From contig OX597819.1 in the NCBI GenBank assembly GCA_951406725.2, positions 18,352,001 through 18,416,000 on the forward strand: DNA of 64,000 nt, given 5' to 3'. This document shows positions 24,923 to 40,473 of this stretch, in pieces; position 1 is the first letter of the stretch, and every line of letters begins with the position of its first letter. A program made the position numbers and the translations under genes. The stretch is from Octopus vulgaris. Taxonomy: Eukaryota. The notes below the pieces were generated by a model that saw only the letters and a program-made list of their open reading frames with translations, was not told the origin of the DNA and did no database searches.

Positions 24923-25450
24923 AATGCCCTGATGCAGTACCAGGCAGTGACTCTCCTCCCTTCTGATCTTAACTGATTGGAAGAGTTATTATGTACATTG
25001 ATTTGTCCTGTTATAAAAGATGGGCGACAGCAAATATTCTGCTCAATACCACAGATTTGCTTGCCAGTTGTTTGACGTTAACCAGTTGACCGTGTCCCTA
25101 AGTGACTGACGACATGTGCATCTCTGATCATGAGCAGATATAGTGGGGGAGCATCCCAGCTGTGTGTTGAGAGGAATTCTTGGAGGTTTCGATAATTCAC
25201 CTTTGGAAGCATGGGTGTTTTGTTCAACATCCTTAAACAATCCTGACTCAGGGACCTTTTGATTAGGATCGGCTACTCGTGCTGAGATAATTGTAACTGG
25301 GTCCCACCTGCCGGGTCATGCGCTGTTTATTTTGATACGAGATTACTATGTCGCGCACATATCTTTCTGGTGCATGTGTCTGGTGTAACCTTATCAGACA
25401 GGTAGACATGATGGGAATAGTGGGCTTGGCATATTTTACCCCAGTGTCAT
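24923..25450 (+). mobile_element. ~540-bp non-coding (TAA)n-associated element, near full length
   Basis: Collinear with 38361-38905 and 39003-39531. Confidence 0.9.
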
Positions 25451-25465
25451 TAATAATAATAGTAG

Positions 25466-25672
25466 CCCTTTCTAATATAGGCACAAAGCATGAATAGTTT
25501 GAGGCGGGGTTGATCGATTACATCAACCCAAGTACTCACGTGGTACATATTTTATCGACCCCAAAAGGATGAATGGGTGACTCGACCCCGGCGGAATTTG
25601 ATCTCAGGACGTAAAGAAGGATGAAATACTGCTGTGCATTTCGCCCTAGGTGCTAACGATTTTGCTACCTGC
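25466..25672 (-). mobile_element. SINE type B
   Basis: TTTTATCGACCCCAAAAGGATGAA..CGGCGGAATTTGATCTCAG..GCTAACGATT. Confidence 0.75.
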
Positions 25673-25911
25673 CGAAATGGTGGGATAAGTATGACTGCCA
25701 TTGAATTTGATGGCAAATGCAATCCTTGTTTGGCCCTGACATCATTTGTACAAGAACGATTAGCTGTAATCTGACTCAAGAATTGGTACATACATACACA
25801 CACACATACATACATACATACATACATACATACATACATACATACATACATACATACATACATAAAAAGGAATGCAGGTGGAATCAGAGAAGACCTCAAT
25901 AAAATGCAAGC

Positions 25912-26089
25912 ACACACTGCCTAAATACCAGTCTTGAGAAATTGGGCTTCTCAGGACCAGAAAAGAGAAAGCTTATTCGAAGACTACAAATCCAATCCAT
26001 CACTGGAACTGTAAAAATCTGTAAAACTTTCCAGAAGTTTATGATTTAAATAAATATGAGCATGTTTAGATATGTAACTATATACATCA

Positions 26090-26134
<45 letters not shown>

Positions 26135-26408
26135 CATAAAACATACAATCAGCGCATGCATCCATACACGCGTACATACATACATACATGCTCGCATACA
26201 TACATACATGCATGCATATATACATACATACATACATACATGCTCGCATACATTCATACATGCATGCATATATACATACATACATGCATGCAAATAAAAG
26301 TACCCTGTTGTTGATGTTCAAGTTCCAATGAAGGATCGTTGGATCTAGGTTAGAAACCGGTTCTTTTTCTATTGGCAAGAAATCTTGAAAGAAAACTGAA
26401 TGATAATA
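25912..26408 (+). mobile_element. 3' end of an RLE-like non-LTR family associated with (TACA)n
   Basis: THCLNTSLEKLGFSGPEKRKLIRRLQIQSITGTVKICKTFQKFMI* followed by a 3'UTR with an internal microsatellite; paralogs at 51213-51595 and 93-186. Confidence 0.7.
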
Positions 26409-26416
26409 TATATATT

Positions 26417-26828
26417 GGCTGTGTGGTAAGTAGCATGCTAACAAACCACATGGTTCCGGGTTCAGTCCCACTGCGTGGCATCTTCGGCAAGTGTCTTCTG
26501 CTATAGCCCCGGGCCGACCAATACCTTGTGAGTGGATTTGGTAGACGGAAACTGAAAGAAGCCTGTCGTATATATGTATATATGTGTATGTGTGTGTGTT
26601 TGTGTGTGTGTTTGTGTGTGTGTTTGTGTGTGTATGTTTGTCCCCCTAGCATTGCTTGACAACAGATGCTGGTGTGTTTACGTCCCCGTTACTTAGCGGT
26701 TCGGCACAAGAGACCGATAGAATAAATACTGGGCTTACAAAGAATAAGTCCCGGGGTCGATTTGCTCGACTAAAGGCGGTGCTCCAGCATGACCGCAGTG
26801 AAATGACTGAAACAAGTAAAAGAGTAAA

Positions 26829-26830
<2 letters not shown>
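26417..26830 (+). mobile_element. SINE type A
   Basis: tRNA-like head (GGTTCAGTCCC B box), CORE-like GGCAAGTGTCTTCT, internal (TG)n, tail AAGTAAAAGAGTAAAAG. Confidence 0.9.
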
Positions 26831-26883
<53 letters not shown>

Positions 26884-27349
26884 CATACATACATACATAC
26901 TTATAAACATGCATGCATACATATATAGTTATATACATACATTCATACATACATAATGCATGCATACGTACATGTATACGTACGTACATATATTTATACC
27001 ATTTCATTCTGATATTTTTTAAATCTACACAAACGTGAATGGTGGATCAAATTTTATTGGCTTATTTGTACCATTATTATTATTAATTTATACCCTCCTC
27101 TTCCCCTTCCTCATCATCGTCTTCATCATGATTATCCTCATCAGCCTCATTGTCATTATGAGAAAACCGAAAACGCGGTTGTATAATCTGCTGATGAATT
27201 GCCGATGTCTAGTTTTGGTGGAATATTTTTTGAAATTATTTACTTATTTAATATTCATTTCATCATTTTTACTGTCTTAATTATTAATATGATTACTGAC
27301 ATTACCAATGTTATTATTATTATTATTATTATTATCATTATCGTTGTCG

Positions 27350-27381
<32 letters not shown>

Positions 27382-27801
27382 ATCCCCAACCTCGTCATAT
27401 CATCATTATCATCCTCATCATCGTTGTTGACAGATGATTGTCTGTGGGTGTGGACAAAGCCATCTCTCTTGAGATTAGAAAAATCAATTTAAATGTTACT
27501 TCAAATATTGAAAACGCAATTATCCTGTTGGAATTCTAAAAATGCGCAGAAAGCGTCCATTTTCGAATGTACTAACAGAAAGTCATTGGGAGACAAATAC
27601 AGAAAGAAAAGAAAAAAAGGGAGAGGTTGAGGAATTACAGTCAAATTGAGGGAGAAGGAGAGACATTTACTGTGCGAGTGAGATGAAGAAATATGCAGGT
27701 TTTTGATAGTTACAGCAGAGTGAGAGAGAGTGAAAGAGAGAAGAAAAGCATAGAGATCATACAGGTAGAGAGAGAGAGAGAGACATAGATACGAATATGC
27801 A

Positions 27802-27843
<42 letters not shown>

Positions 27844-28109
27844 TGGGAGTGACATTTATTGAAGAAAAACAAAATTATGAGAAATTGCCGAAAGAAGAGA
27901 GACAGAAAGAAGAGAGACAGATTCAGAGAAAGACTACGTGTAAACAATTGCAAGAGTCAGAGAAAGAAATGGCAATAAACAGAGAGACTTATATACATAC
28001 ATACATACATACATACATACATACATACATACATGTATATATATATATATATATGTATTGCGTATGTATGTATATATACATATATATTTATTTTTCTTTT
28101 ACTTCAGGC

Positions 28110-28320
28110 ATTCTTTTGTTTCAGGCATTCCCCTTCGATCATGCTGGAGCACCGCTTTAGTCGAGCAAATCCACCCCAGGATTTATTCTTTGTAAGGCTA
28201 TTACTTATTCTATCGGACTCTGTTGCCGAACCGCTAAGTTACGTGGATGTAAACACACCAGCAATCGGTTGTCAAGCGATGTTGGGAGGAGAAACACACA
28301 CACACACACACACACATAAT
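28110..28320 (-). mobile_element. SINE type A, 3' half
   Basis: CATGCTGGAGCACCGCTTTAGTCGAGCAAAT..CGGTTGTCAAGCGATG. Confidence 0.85.
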
Positions 28321-28993
28321 ATAAGAACGGTGGAGCATGGAAAGAAGGGACGGAATATACGCAAGAAGAAGTCAAAGACTATGATAGAAACGATGTGTAA
28401 AGGAAAATAAGTCCTAATAATTCCTGGAGAAAGAGAAAAGAGGCAAAACGTCGGACTTTGTAGAGGAGAAAGCGAACGAAAGAAAAAGAATGAGAATGTA
28501 TATACGGCTATGAGAAAACTGGAGAAACGTAAGGGGACAGCGGAGAGAATCTGAGATACAGATAGGTAAAATATAGATATAGAGAGAAAATGAGCGAGAG
28601 AGAGAGAGAGAGAGAGAAAGTGGGAGGCAGGGAGGGAAGCAAGCAGGGTGAGAGGGTGAGATAGATTTCATTAAAAAAAAGAAGAACAATGTCAGGATTC
28701 GAAGAGAGTGACGGTAAAAAGATTTAGAGGAAAAAGTGACAGAGAGACGGAGAGAAAAAGAGGAAAGTGAGTTTGGAAGAGATGGAGACAAATATACGGA
28801 GATATGTTGTGAGGAGACTCAAGAGTTTGGAAAAGAAAAGGGAGGAAATGGAAAACGAGTCAACAATAAAAGAGATGAGGAAATATTTGAAACGAGAGAA
28901 ATAGTTTTTAGAGGTAATGGTGGCGTTGAACTACTTGGCAGATAGAGTGAAATAGAAAGGAAGAAGGAGAATGAGCGTGAGCAATAGAGGCAA

Positions 28994-29060
<67 letters not shown>

Positions 29061-29071
29061 GCCATCCGTCC

Positions 29072-29103
<32 letters not shown>

Positions 29104-29160
29104 GTCTGTCTGTCTGTCTGTCTGTCTGTCCCTCTGTCAATTTATGTTATAAGCTATATG

Positions 29161-29214
<54 letters not shown>

Positions 29215-29256
29215 CATATCTATCTATCTATCAATATATATATATATCTATATCTA

Positions 29257-29330
<74 letters not shown>
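28994..29330. repeat. (TATC)n/(TGTC)n/(TA)n compound microsatellite
   Basis: Direct reading. Confidence 0.95.
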
Positions 29331-29720
29331 CAAGCATATACAGATGCATATATATAAAGAGAAAAAGAGTGAAGTGTGACAGCAAGAAAGAGCGATACAA
29401 CAGCAGAGATATAGAAGAGAGGAGCATAAATACATGAGATGAAGAAAATATGAGACAATGAATGATGTAGAGCAGAGAGGGTGGATGGGAGAGAGAGAGA
29501 GTAAGGGAAAAACAAAGATGGCGAACGAAAATGAACGAGGGGGAGGGAATGAGGTGAAGGCAGCGAGTAAAAATAACGAATTCTCTCTTAAATACAGCAT
29601 GGCTGGTGGAGACGTCATTGCGTGCAAATTTAAGAAAATAAAAGCAAATGACAACGTTTTAATTAAGCAGAAAATAGAAGGCAAAAAAAAAAGAAAGAAA
29701 AAAAAAGAAAATTAATAATA

Positions 29721-29762
<42 letters not shown>

Positions 29763-30223
29763 TTAGTAATATTGATATATAAATAGCATAAAGCAAATCG
29801 AAATAACAGCAAAGCTTGCTCTGAAAACACGAACGACAATCTCTGTTGAGGAGAATAAGAAAAATAGGACGGCATAAAACATTTGCACAGTCGTAAATTA
29901 ACATATATCATATATAAATAATGTGAAAAGAAGAAATGAGAAGATAAAACGTATAACGGCAACACAATGTATAACTTTACACCTGCAGAAGTCATGTAGG
30001 CAAACACACACACACACACACACTCACACACATACATACAGGCACGCGCACACAGACACACACGCACGCAGATACACACATACAGACACACGCGCGTATA
30101 CATACATGGCGCTTACTCTCTGGGTCACTCGCTAATTCTCGGTATATATACGCAAAGAACGAAGACCATAAAGCATCTTGTAAAATTTAATTAGATAACC
30201 AGTTGAGGTAGTTGATATACATA

Positions 30224-30633
30224 GGCGTAGGAGTGGCTGTGTGGTAAGTAGCTTGCTTACGAACCACATGGTTCCGGGTTCAGTCCCACTGCGTGGAACT
30301 TTGGGCAAGTGTCTTCTGCTATAGCCTCGGGCCGACTAAAGCCTCGTGGATGGATTTAGTAGACGGAAACTGAAAGAAACCCGTTGTATATGTGTATGTA
30401 TATATATATGTGTATTTGTGTGTGTATAGATGTTTGTGTGTCTGTGTTTGTCCCTGCAACATCGCTGGGGTGCTTACGTCCCCGTAACTTAGCTGTTCGG
30501 CAGAAGAGACCGATAGAATAAGTACTAGGCTTACAAATAATAAGTCCTGGGGTCGATTCGCTCGTCTGAAGGCGGTGCTCCAGCATGGCCACTGTCAAAT
30601 GACTGAAATAAGTAAAGAGTAAAAGGAGTAAAG
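30224..30633 (+). mobile_element. SINE type A, full length
   Basis: GGCGTAGGAGTGGCTGTGTGGTAAGTAGCTTGCTTA head through GACTGAAATAAGTAAAGAG tail. Confidence 0.92.
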
Positions 30634-30865
30634 ATTATACACATGACGTCATTACAGAGTCACTCATATATATATAAAGATATATAAATGATGTGGTAAG
30701 GCTTCGAGAAGTAAAGTAGCTCTCGATCAGCTTAGAGACTAATAATAATATTATATTATAATGAAACCCCAAATCTTGTTAAATACTGCTACCCAGTACC
30801 TCCTACATAAAACATTAAATACAGATGCATACATAGATGCATATATACATGAAACATACATACCA

Positions 30866-30930
<65 letters not shown>

Positions 30931-31215
30931 TGCATACATGAAAACAAAAAAAGCAAAACAAAATTACAATAAGGTAAACAAGACATTAATGGTTTACGAT
31001 GTACCAGTAAATTATATCAAGATGTATTTCATAAAATGCAGACATAATCCTTTTCACGGAACATAAGCTGTCTTTGGAGGTTCTGGAGTCTGACAAATAT
31101 AATTTTCCAAGAGAACATATTGAACATCCTTTGGCTCCGTTGGTATAGGGTCTGGTATTGGAAAGGATTTTCCATCTAATGTCGGAGTTGGTCTCTTTAA
31201 CTTTATATTTCCAGA

Positions 31216-31380
31216 TTAAAGCAGAACGGGTAGTTGCATGTCTCTTATGACGCTGCCTAATGTTCGAAAGTATTTAAATTTCCCTTCCACAGCTCCGATA
31301 TGTCGCTTGATTTCTGACCGACCGTTCTCATAGTTCGCTGATACCTGTACTTCATAAACATATATAAAATAGATGCGAAT
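31216..31380 (-). mobile_element. Possible ancient RTE-type LINE remnant
   Basis: VSANYENGRSEIKRHIGAVEGKF loosely resembles the RTE EIxxRIGxAxxxF motif. Confidence 0.3.
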
Positions 31381-31404
31381 TTTCATATCAAAAATATGCA
31401 CATA

Positions 31405-31569
31405 GGCTTAGGAGTGGTTATGTGGTAAGTAGCTTACTAACCAACCACATGGTTCCGGGTTCAGTTCCACTGCGTGGCATCTTGGGCAAGTGTCTTCTGC
31501 TATAGCCCCGGGCCGACCAATGCCTTGTGAGTGGATTTGGTAGACAGAAACTGAAAAAAGCCTGTCGTA

Positions 31570-31644
<75 letters not shown>

Positions 31645-31872
31645 GTGTGTGTGCGTGTTTGTGTATCTGTGTTTGTCCCACTAGCATTGCTTGACAACCG
31701 ATGCTGGTGTGTTTACGTCACCGTCACTTAGCGGTTCGGCAAAAGAGACCAATAGAACAAGTACTGGGCTTACAAAGAATAAGTCCTGGTGTCGATTTGC
31801 TCGACTAAACGCGGTGCGTCAGCATGGCCGCAGTCAAATGACTGAAACAAGTAGAAAGAGAAAAAGAGAAAG
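31405..31872 (+). mobile_element. SINE type A, full length
   Basis: Collinear with the 30224 copy; expanded internal (TA)n. Confidence 0.92.
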
Positions 31873-32244
31873 ACATAAAACACCGGCGGAGTTTTTAAAC
31901 CGGCTGACAAACTAGGTGTGGCTAAGAAAAAGACATGGAGTCATACTAGCTGACTACATCAAGATTGTTTTCTTATCGAAAATATTTGCAATACATATGA
32001 TGTTACAACCCCAAACACTCTCGACCGATGTGAGGTAGAACAGGAAGGAATCACATTTCGACAAAGTTTGTTAATATCAAAGTGAGGCAAACGCACAGAG
32101 TGTCTATTTGAAATTTCGCTAATATTGTGTTTCTATATTTGCACGCTTCTTACACTGCTGCAGCTTTGGCAATCAGGATTCACATACAGATGCATACATA
32201 GATGCATATATACATGAAACATACATACCAACATACATATTTAA

Positions 32245-32299
<55 letters not shown>

Positions 32300-32810
32300 T
32301 ACCTACATACATACATACATACATACATACATACATACAAACATACATACGTACATACATACATACATACATACAAACATACATACGTACATACATACAT
32401 ACATACATACATACATACATACATACATACATACATACATACATACATACATACATACATACATGGCGATTGTTCCACATTCACAGATGTCTCTCAGCTT
32501 CCTCGATGCCGATGGCATTTCTGATTTTACGCGTATTATCTCTCAGATAATTATTCAGTTCCGCAGCTGATCAACATGTTTCGAAACACAGGTCACACAA
32601 GATGGTTATATGTTCCACTGGATTAATCGGTTCTCTTTGCGACATAGAATATATATGAATCGCCATGAGTTCCCTCAAGTAAGAAATCGATATGGAAGCC
32701 GCTTCACATCATGCATATAATGAATCCGTCTACCAAAGAGGACGTTGCGTACAGCTGCTCTTTCATGGGATTGCAATCCGTTGATACACCCAGCATTAAA
32801 AATTTATATA

Positions 32811-32975
32811 GGCGTAGGAATGGCTGTATGGTAAGTAGTTTGCTTACGAACCACATGGTTCCGGGTCTAGCCCTACTGCATGGCACCTTGGGCAAGTGTC
32901 TTCTACTATAACCTCAGGCCGACCAAAGCCTTGTGAGTGGATTTGGTAGACGGAAACTGAAAGAAGCTCGTCGTA

Positions 32976-33056
<81 letters not shown>

Positions 33057-33277
33057 TTCTGTATGTGTGTGTATATGTTTGTGTGTCAGTGTTGTCCCCC
33101 AACATCACTTGATAACCGATGGTGGTGTGTTTACGTCCCTGTAACTTAGCGGTTCGTCAAAAGAGACCAATAGAATAAGTACTAGGCTTACAAAGAATAA
33201 GTCCTGGGGGCGATCTGCTCGACTAAAGGTAGTGCTCCCGCATGGCCACAGTCAAATGACTGAAACAAAGGAGTAAA
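32811..33277 (+). mobile_element. SINE type A, full length
   Basis: Collinear with the 30224 copy. Confidence 0.92.
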
Positions 33278-33778
33278 CACAGTTACACATTCTTTAACTC
33301 CAGAACTTCTCATCGAAGTTCCGTTGACTAATCGTATGTAAGACTGATGGAAACCGCTGATCATTGCACCAGTGCTGTTTTTACTTTATATTCTAATTTA
33401 TACATACGTATGCATCATGCAGACATACCTGCACCTAGTTTTCACGCCGTGAGCATATACATCATGGACTGTGGAAAGGATTTGTCTCAGGTCCTGATCG
33501 ATACACGATATTGACAATCCACAAAACAGCGAAACATAGATGTCCGTCAGTCCTAGGTAAGATTACAGGTACCCACATCAAATCACACCTGTCCGTGTTT
33601 TTCAGGTGTTTTGAAACCCAGCGCTTTGCGAGAGTATACTCTGTAACGCTATATCGCAGCTCACAGCAAATGCAGCTGTCTCATGCGTTAAGCATATGTG
33701 GCTGATAATGGTAACCATAAAAGAACAGCTTCAACTTCATATTTTAATACATACAAACAGTCGTAGATACACGTAAAT

Positions 33779-33834
<56 letters not shown>

Positions 33835-34229
33835 CACACATACACACACACACACACACAATGGCTCCGATGAGAATAACATGAGTTCTTTAAGGTCGTT
33901 CAAATTGCTCAATCAATCAATCGATCGACGGAGAAAACAGATCAATGAAGGAACTCATAATGACTATCGAAAACAACTGAAATTAGAATTTACTCAAATA
34001 AATAGGCAATGACCATTATTTAGAAGTTGTCACATAAATGCATCTTTACATGTATAAACACAGACACGCATACACATACACACATACACACACACATACA
34101 CACACACACATATACATATATATAGAGAGAGAGTAAGAATGAGGGCGAGTGAGAGGGAGTGAGAGAGAGAGAGATCAATTAGGGGATGCATTCAAATCAA
34201 TAAAATGCTGCTGAGGCAGCTATGTTCTT

Positions 34230-34270
<41 letters not shown>

Positions 34271-34306
34271 GTATGTATGTATATATATATATATATACAT
34301 ACACAC

Positions 34307-34351
<45 letters not shown>

Positions 34352-36854
34352 TACATATATACATACATATATACATATATGTATATAGATATATAGATGT
34401 ATGTATATATGTATATATGTATATCTACAAACATACATACATACATACAGACAGACATACCCATCTGCATGTATGTATTAATAAAACGGAAATAAACTAA
34501 AGGAAATAAAGTCCAATTGACAGTGACATGTATTATTAGAACCACGAAACACCTATAAGTTTCTCTTGAATAGTCTTCCTATCCTTCCTCGATTTTGTGA
34601 AATTATCTCCGTTTCCACAGATGGTAGAACAATCGCTTGGTGTTTCATTTCCTCTCCTTCTTACAGTTATAATATTGTCTACATATATTTATAAGTGTAT
34701 TTGTGTGTGTTTTCATATGTTATGGCGCGTGGAATGTGTGTGTGTATATCTTAAATACAAGCTAGTCAATGAATAATATATAACCAGATTCCAGTTAAGA
34801 CGCCGGAGGACGTCACTTCGATTCAGAACGTTAGGTGTATATGTTACGTAAACAGAAAAACTGAGTTTAATTTGAAATTTCGAAACACGGAAAATAAATT
34901 TCTAATCGCCTGTCACATCTGATGTATCGCTTTGATTGATAAAACACGTCTCCGGTTAACAATGTTAAGTCGAAGCGTCTATCGGTCTCTTTGATCATAT
35001 AATTGCATTTTCCAAGATCACAGGTAGTCTACAGAATTTCTTATCAAATATCGATGTTTGACATGTTTACCAAGACAAAACATTGGACCAGATAAATATG
35101 TGCTCCCAGCTATTCATATAGAAATGTTTACAGAAATCATTTTCCTAGATGTATACATCTACATATATACGTCCACATACACTTATATACCTACACGCAC
35201 ATGTATGTCCATACATTTATGTATGAGAGAGAGAGAGAGGGTTATGGAGAAAAGGAGACAGACATGTATATGTGAAGATATATATATATATATACATACA
35301 ATCACACACAAAGAAATCCACGTATATATGTTGTTACATTGTTATTTGTTTGCCTGTTAAATCCCTGGAGATAATGATATGGCCATTCAGTCGAAATTTC
35401 ACTGGAGGTCATTAATTCCAAACAAGTGGTTGATGAAGTGGAATTTTTGCACTGAAGAATTAAAAATAAGCAAAAGTGCATTACAATCTCTGAAAAGTAA
35501 CTATAAGATTTTATTGAGTACTTTGTTTCTATGTATAGTATAAGTATGTGCATACATGGCTATCTATTCCTGCAGAAATATACATGAAGTTTTACAAGTA
35601 TTTGATAGTATATATGATGCACTCTTTTCTTCTGAAAATGTTTCCTCAAAATGTTACGCCTCATCCTATATGCGAATTTCGGCCTCCCAGGAGCTTAAAT
35701 GTAATAAAAACGTTTTAAACACAATATGCGCTGCTGGAATTCTGGTGCGTACAATATGCTCATGTTCATATATGCCCTGACATATAGCATGTATATATGT
35801 ATATATGTACGATAAGAAAAGGGAGGAAAAATAACAATAAGAAGTGTGTCTTTTGAGCTAGGAAGCCATTATTAAATTAGTAAATAAGGGTGAGAGTGAG
35901 AGTAAGTTTACGATCGTTTTTGGGTACAATGTTGAGGAAAAAATATATTTATATGTTTGCCTCGTTGCCAATGGTAGACATCGTCAGAACGAAGAAGTCA
36001 GAGATAGAGAAAAGAGCGAAATATAGAGAGCTACCTAGGAAAAGAAAATGTTCAATGATTCGAAAGTCTTACATTTTAGTTAGGTTCATAGTTCGTTAAA
36101 TCTATTGTGAAGGAGATGAAGAATAGAAGTTGGTTGAATTTGAGGTCTCGTAGTTGCTTATTAGCATGGCTTCCACGTGTTTGTAAGTTCGTATAGTTGA
36201 TCGACGGTGTAATACAAGGGAGTTAACTCTAATTAGGGATATCCGGTGTGGTTATAAGGACCTAAGTGTCAGTAAGTTATAGGTTGTAGGCAGTTCGTGA
36301 ATTTACAAAGGAAGCCGTATATAAGAGTAAAGTTTAAATCGAAGGACTTCTAAAACTTGTCTACCAACTTGCAACCACTTGGATTCGATCTACCAGATTT
36401 TCAATAAGGGTAAGATGACCTTTCACGCGATACTATGCAATGGGATCTGATGTATACAAATTCAAATATGAAATGGTCGTACTTGCCCTGATCCAAAGTA
36501 TTGAACTTTTTCCAATCAAATGTTTGAGGGAGAAAAATAGATGAAGAAACGTAAAAAGAGAAATAAATTAAAAAAGCAACATGGAAACAAACTCGCAGCC
36601 CCATGTACCACTTGGGTGCTTAAAATATTCGAAAATCTAATGCACAAATAGTTCCAGTTCTTCGACATCATAATCACAGCTCTTCCAATATTGCAGAATT
36701 TCTCTAATAATATAATGCTTTAACGAAATTATACGAAGAATATGGTATTATGTAGAGCATAGTATTATTATTAGAATAATTCTTGTGCTGGCAGTAAATA
36801 AGATAAGGAACTTCTAGTTAAGAACACACATTCGCATACACAGAAGCACGAGAT

Positions 36855-36911
<57 letters not shown>

Positions 36912-37405
36912 ATACAAACACATAAGCTCACACACACATATTGATATATACATATTACTAAGTGTATATCCGTATATATAGATATCTTTCTCTCCATATA
37001 TATATATATATATATATATAGGTATATAATGTATATGTATATACAATATATTCATACAAATGTTGTAGATATCACAACTGACTCCGGAGTTCAGGTGCGG
37101 ATAACAGTTACAGATGTCGATATATTGTAATAACCATGATAATGAACGAAATATCTTTCTACTTACTTTGCGCAAACTTAATTACCAGCTCCAGCTTGCG
37201 TTCCCACTGCACGGGCATGTTCCAGTACATTTTATTCGTCGATTTTTCTACCGTTTACCTTGATGAAAACAGATCTAACGTAGTATTAACGGATACGGAT
37301 GTAGCATTCGAATAGGCAAATTGGAGATTATCTACGTACGGATTTACATACTCATTTCTTTCTGTAAGTGCCCTTATATATATACATATATATATATATA
37401 TAACG

Positions 37406-37476
<71 letters not shown>

Positions 37477-38047
37477 TATATACGTACGCATGTGTATAAA
37501 TATAAGGTATATAATATATATTACATATATATATGCATATCTATCTATCTATCTATATATATATATATAAAAAAATATGTATATATATATGTGTGTGTGT
37601 GCGCGTGTGTGTGTGTGTCTGTGTGTGCATTTATATATCTACATATATATTACTGCCTATATATTATTGTGTGTATATGTAGATTACGCAAACGGAATAT
37701 CAGAATCGGTGCAAGATCATTGCTGATAATAAAAGCACGACGCAACGAGAACAATTTGTAGATCTCACATAGTATACGGAACAACACTTATCATATCGGC
37801 CACATCACTAGTATCGAATAAGATCGAAAGAAAATCAGACAAAAGCTCACAGTGGTAATTTGCCAAACGGCGAAGGAACGATACATTCAGATTGCTTGCT
37901 ATGTCGTACTTCACTTGTTTTGGTTGCAGTCATTATTTTATAGTAAGAGCGGAAACACCACCACCAAGAACAACAATAGCAACAACAAGAGCAACAACAA
38001 CGACAAAAACAACAAAAACAACAGCAACAATAATAATAATGTTAACA

Positions 38048-38176
38048 CTTTCTACAATAAGCACAACGCTTGAAATGTTGGGGAACGCTGTAGTCGAGTA
38101 CGTCGATCTAATACTCAACTGGTACTTCTTTTATCGCCCCTGAAAGGATGAAAGGCAAAATCGATCACGGTAGAGT

Positions 38177-38178
<2 letters not shown>
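38048..38178 (-). mobile_element. SINE type B, 3' part
   Basis: AACTGGTACTTCTTTTATCGCCCCTGAAAGGATGAAAGGCAAAATCGA. Confidence 0.7.
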
Positions 38179-38217
<39 letters not shown>

Positions 38218-38288
38218 ATAATAATAATAATAATAATAGTAATAATAGTAATAATAGTAATAATAATAATAATATTAATAATAATAAT

Positions 38289-38360
<72 letters not shown>

Positions 38361-38361
<1 letters not shown>

Positions 38362-38904
38362 GTACCAGACAGTGGCTCTCATGGCTTCTGATCTTAACTT
38401 ATTGGAAGTGTCATCATGTACATTGTTTTGTCTTGGTATAAAAGATGGGCTACAGCAAATATTCTGCTCGATACCACAGATTTGCTTGTCAGTTGTTTGA
38501 CTTTAACCAGTTGAGCATGTCTCTTGGTGGCTGACGATATGTGCAGCTCTGATCACGAGCAGAAGTAGTGGGGGAGCATCATAGCCATGTGTTGAGAGGG
38601 ATTCTTTGGGGTTTGAATAATTCACCTCTGGAAACATGGATGTTTCGTTCAACATGCTTAAACAACCCTTATTCAGGGACCTTTCGAGTGGGATGGGTTA
38701 CTCGACCTGAAAAAAATTCTAACTGGGCCCCACCTGCAAGGTCATGTGCTGTTTATTTTGATATGAGATCACCATGTTGCGCACATATGGTTGTGATGCA
38801 TGTGCGTAGTGTACCCTTATCAGACGGGTAGTCATGATGGGTATACTGGGCTTCGTATATTTTACCCCAGTGTCACTTTGATGGCATGCACTGCTCTCTC
38901 ACTC

Positions 38905-38905
<1 letters not shown>
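38361..38905 (+). mobile_element. ~540-bp (TAA)n element, copy 1 of a tandem pair
   Basis: Flanked by long (TAA)n; ends CTCTCTCACTCAATAAT. Confidence 0.9.
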
Positions 38906-39000
<95 letters not shown>

Positions 39001-39002
39001 TA

Positions 39003-39669
<667 letters not shown>

Positions 39670-40199
39670 GAATAAGAATTTTTTTTAGCTTTAGTTTTAT
39701 CAATTTTTGTTTAGTTTTTACATCAATGTGAACTGAAAATGCTGAAGACAGAGGAGAAAGTGAAAAAGGGAGCTGCTTCGGTCCCCACTTGGCCTTGTGG
39801 TAAGTTACTGAATGTTACTCAGTATAGGATAGGATGGAAGCGTGTCTAAGTCTACTGGTTTTTGAAAAGGCACAGAAAAGTATTAGAAAAAGTGTGGGAC
39901 AAGCTTCCATGGTAAATGTGTTTGGTATGTGACGGCTTAGCGTCAAGATAAGCATATACATTATACATACACTCACACACACATACACACACTCACACAC
40001 ATTTCAATGTATGTATGTTTGTATAGAGAAGCCTGTGTGCTTATATGGCTAATATTTCTACATTCACGGAAATCTAGCATGAAAGGCCATTGTGAGGACT
40101 TCAAGAATTACGCGAAAATACAAACGTTATCACATTTATGTGTTCGTCTGAACGCATGTGAGCATACATTTGTATAACATTTGCTTTAACATGTTAGTC

Positions 40200-40240
<41 letters not shown>

Positions 40241-40427
40241 GTCTTTCTTACACGCTCACTTCATATAATCTCCAAGGCAAACCAGTTTTTGTTTTCTTTT
40301 CACAATATTTCCCAGTTTATTTCCACTGATTCTCACAGCAATATCGCCAATCTCCCTCATTTCTACCAGATTTCCCTTATATTTTGCCGTTTCTTTTCTA
40401 CCGTAAACTCATTTTATTTTCTATGCG

Positions 40428-40473
<46 letters not shown>

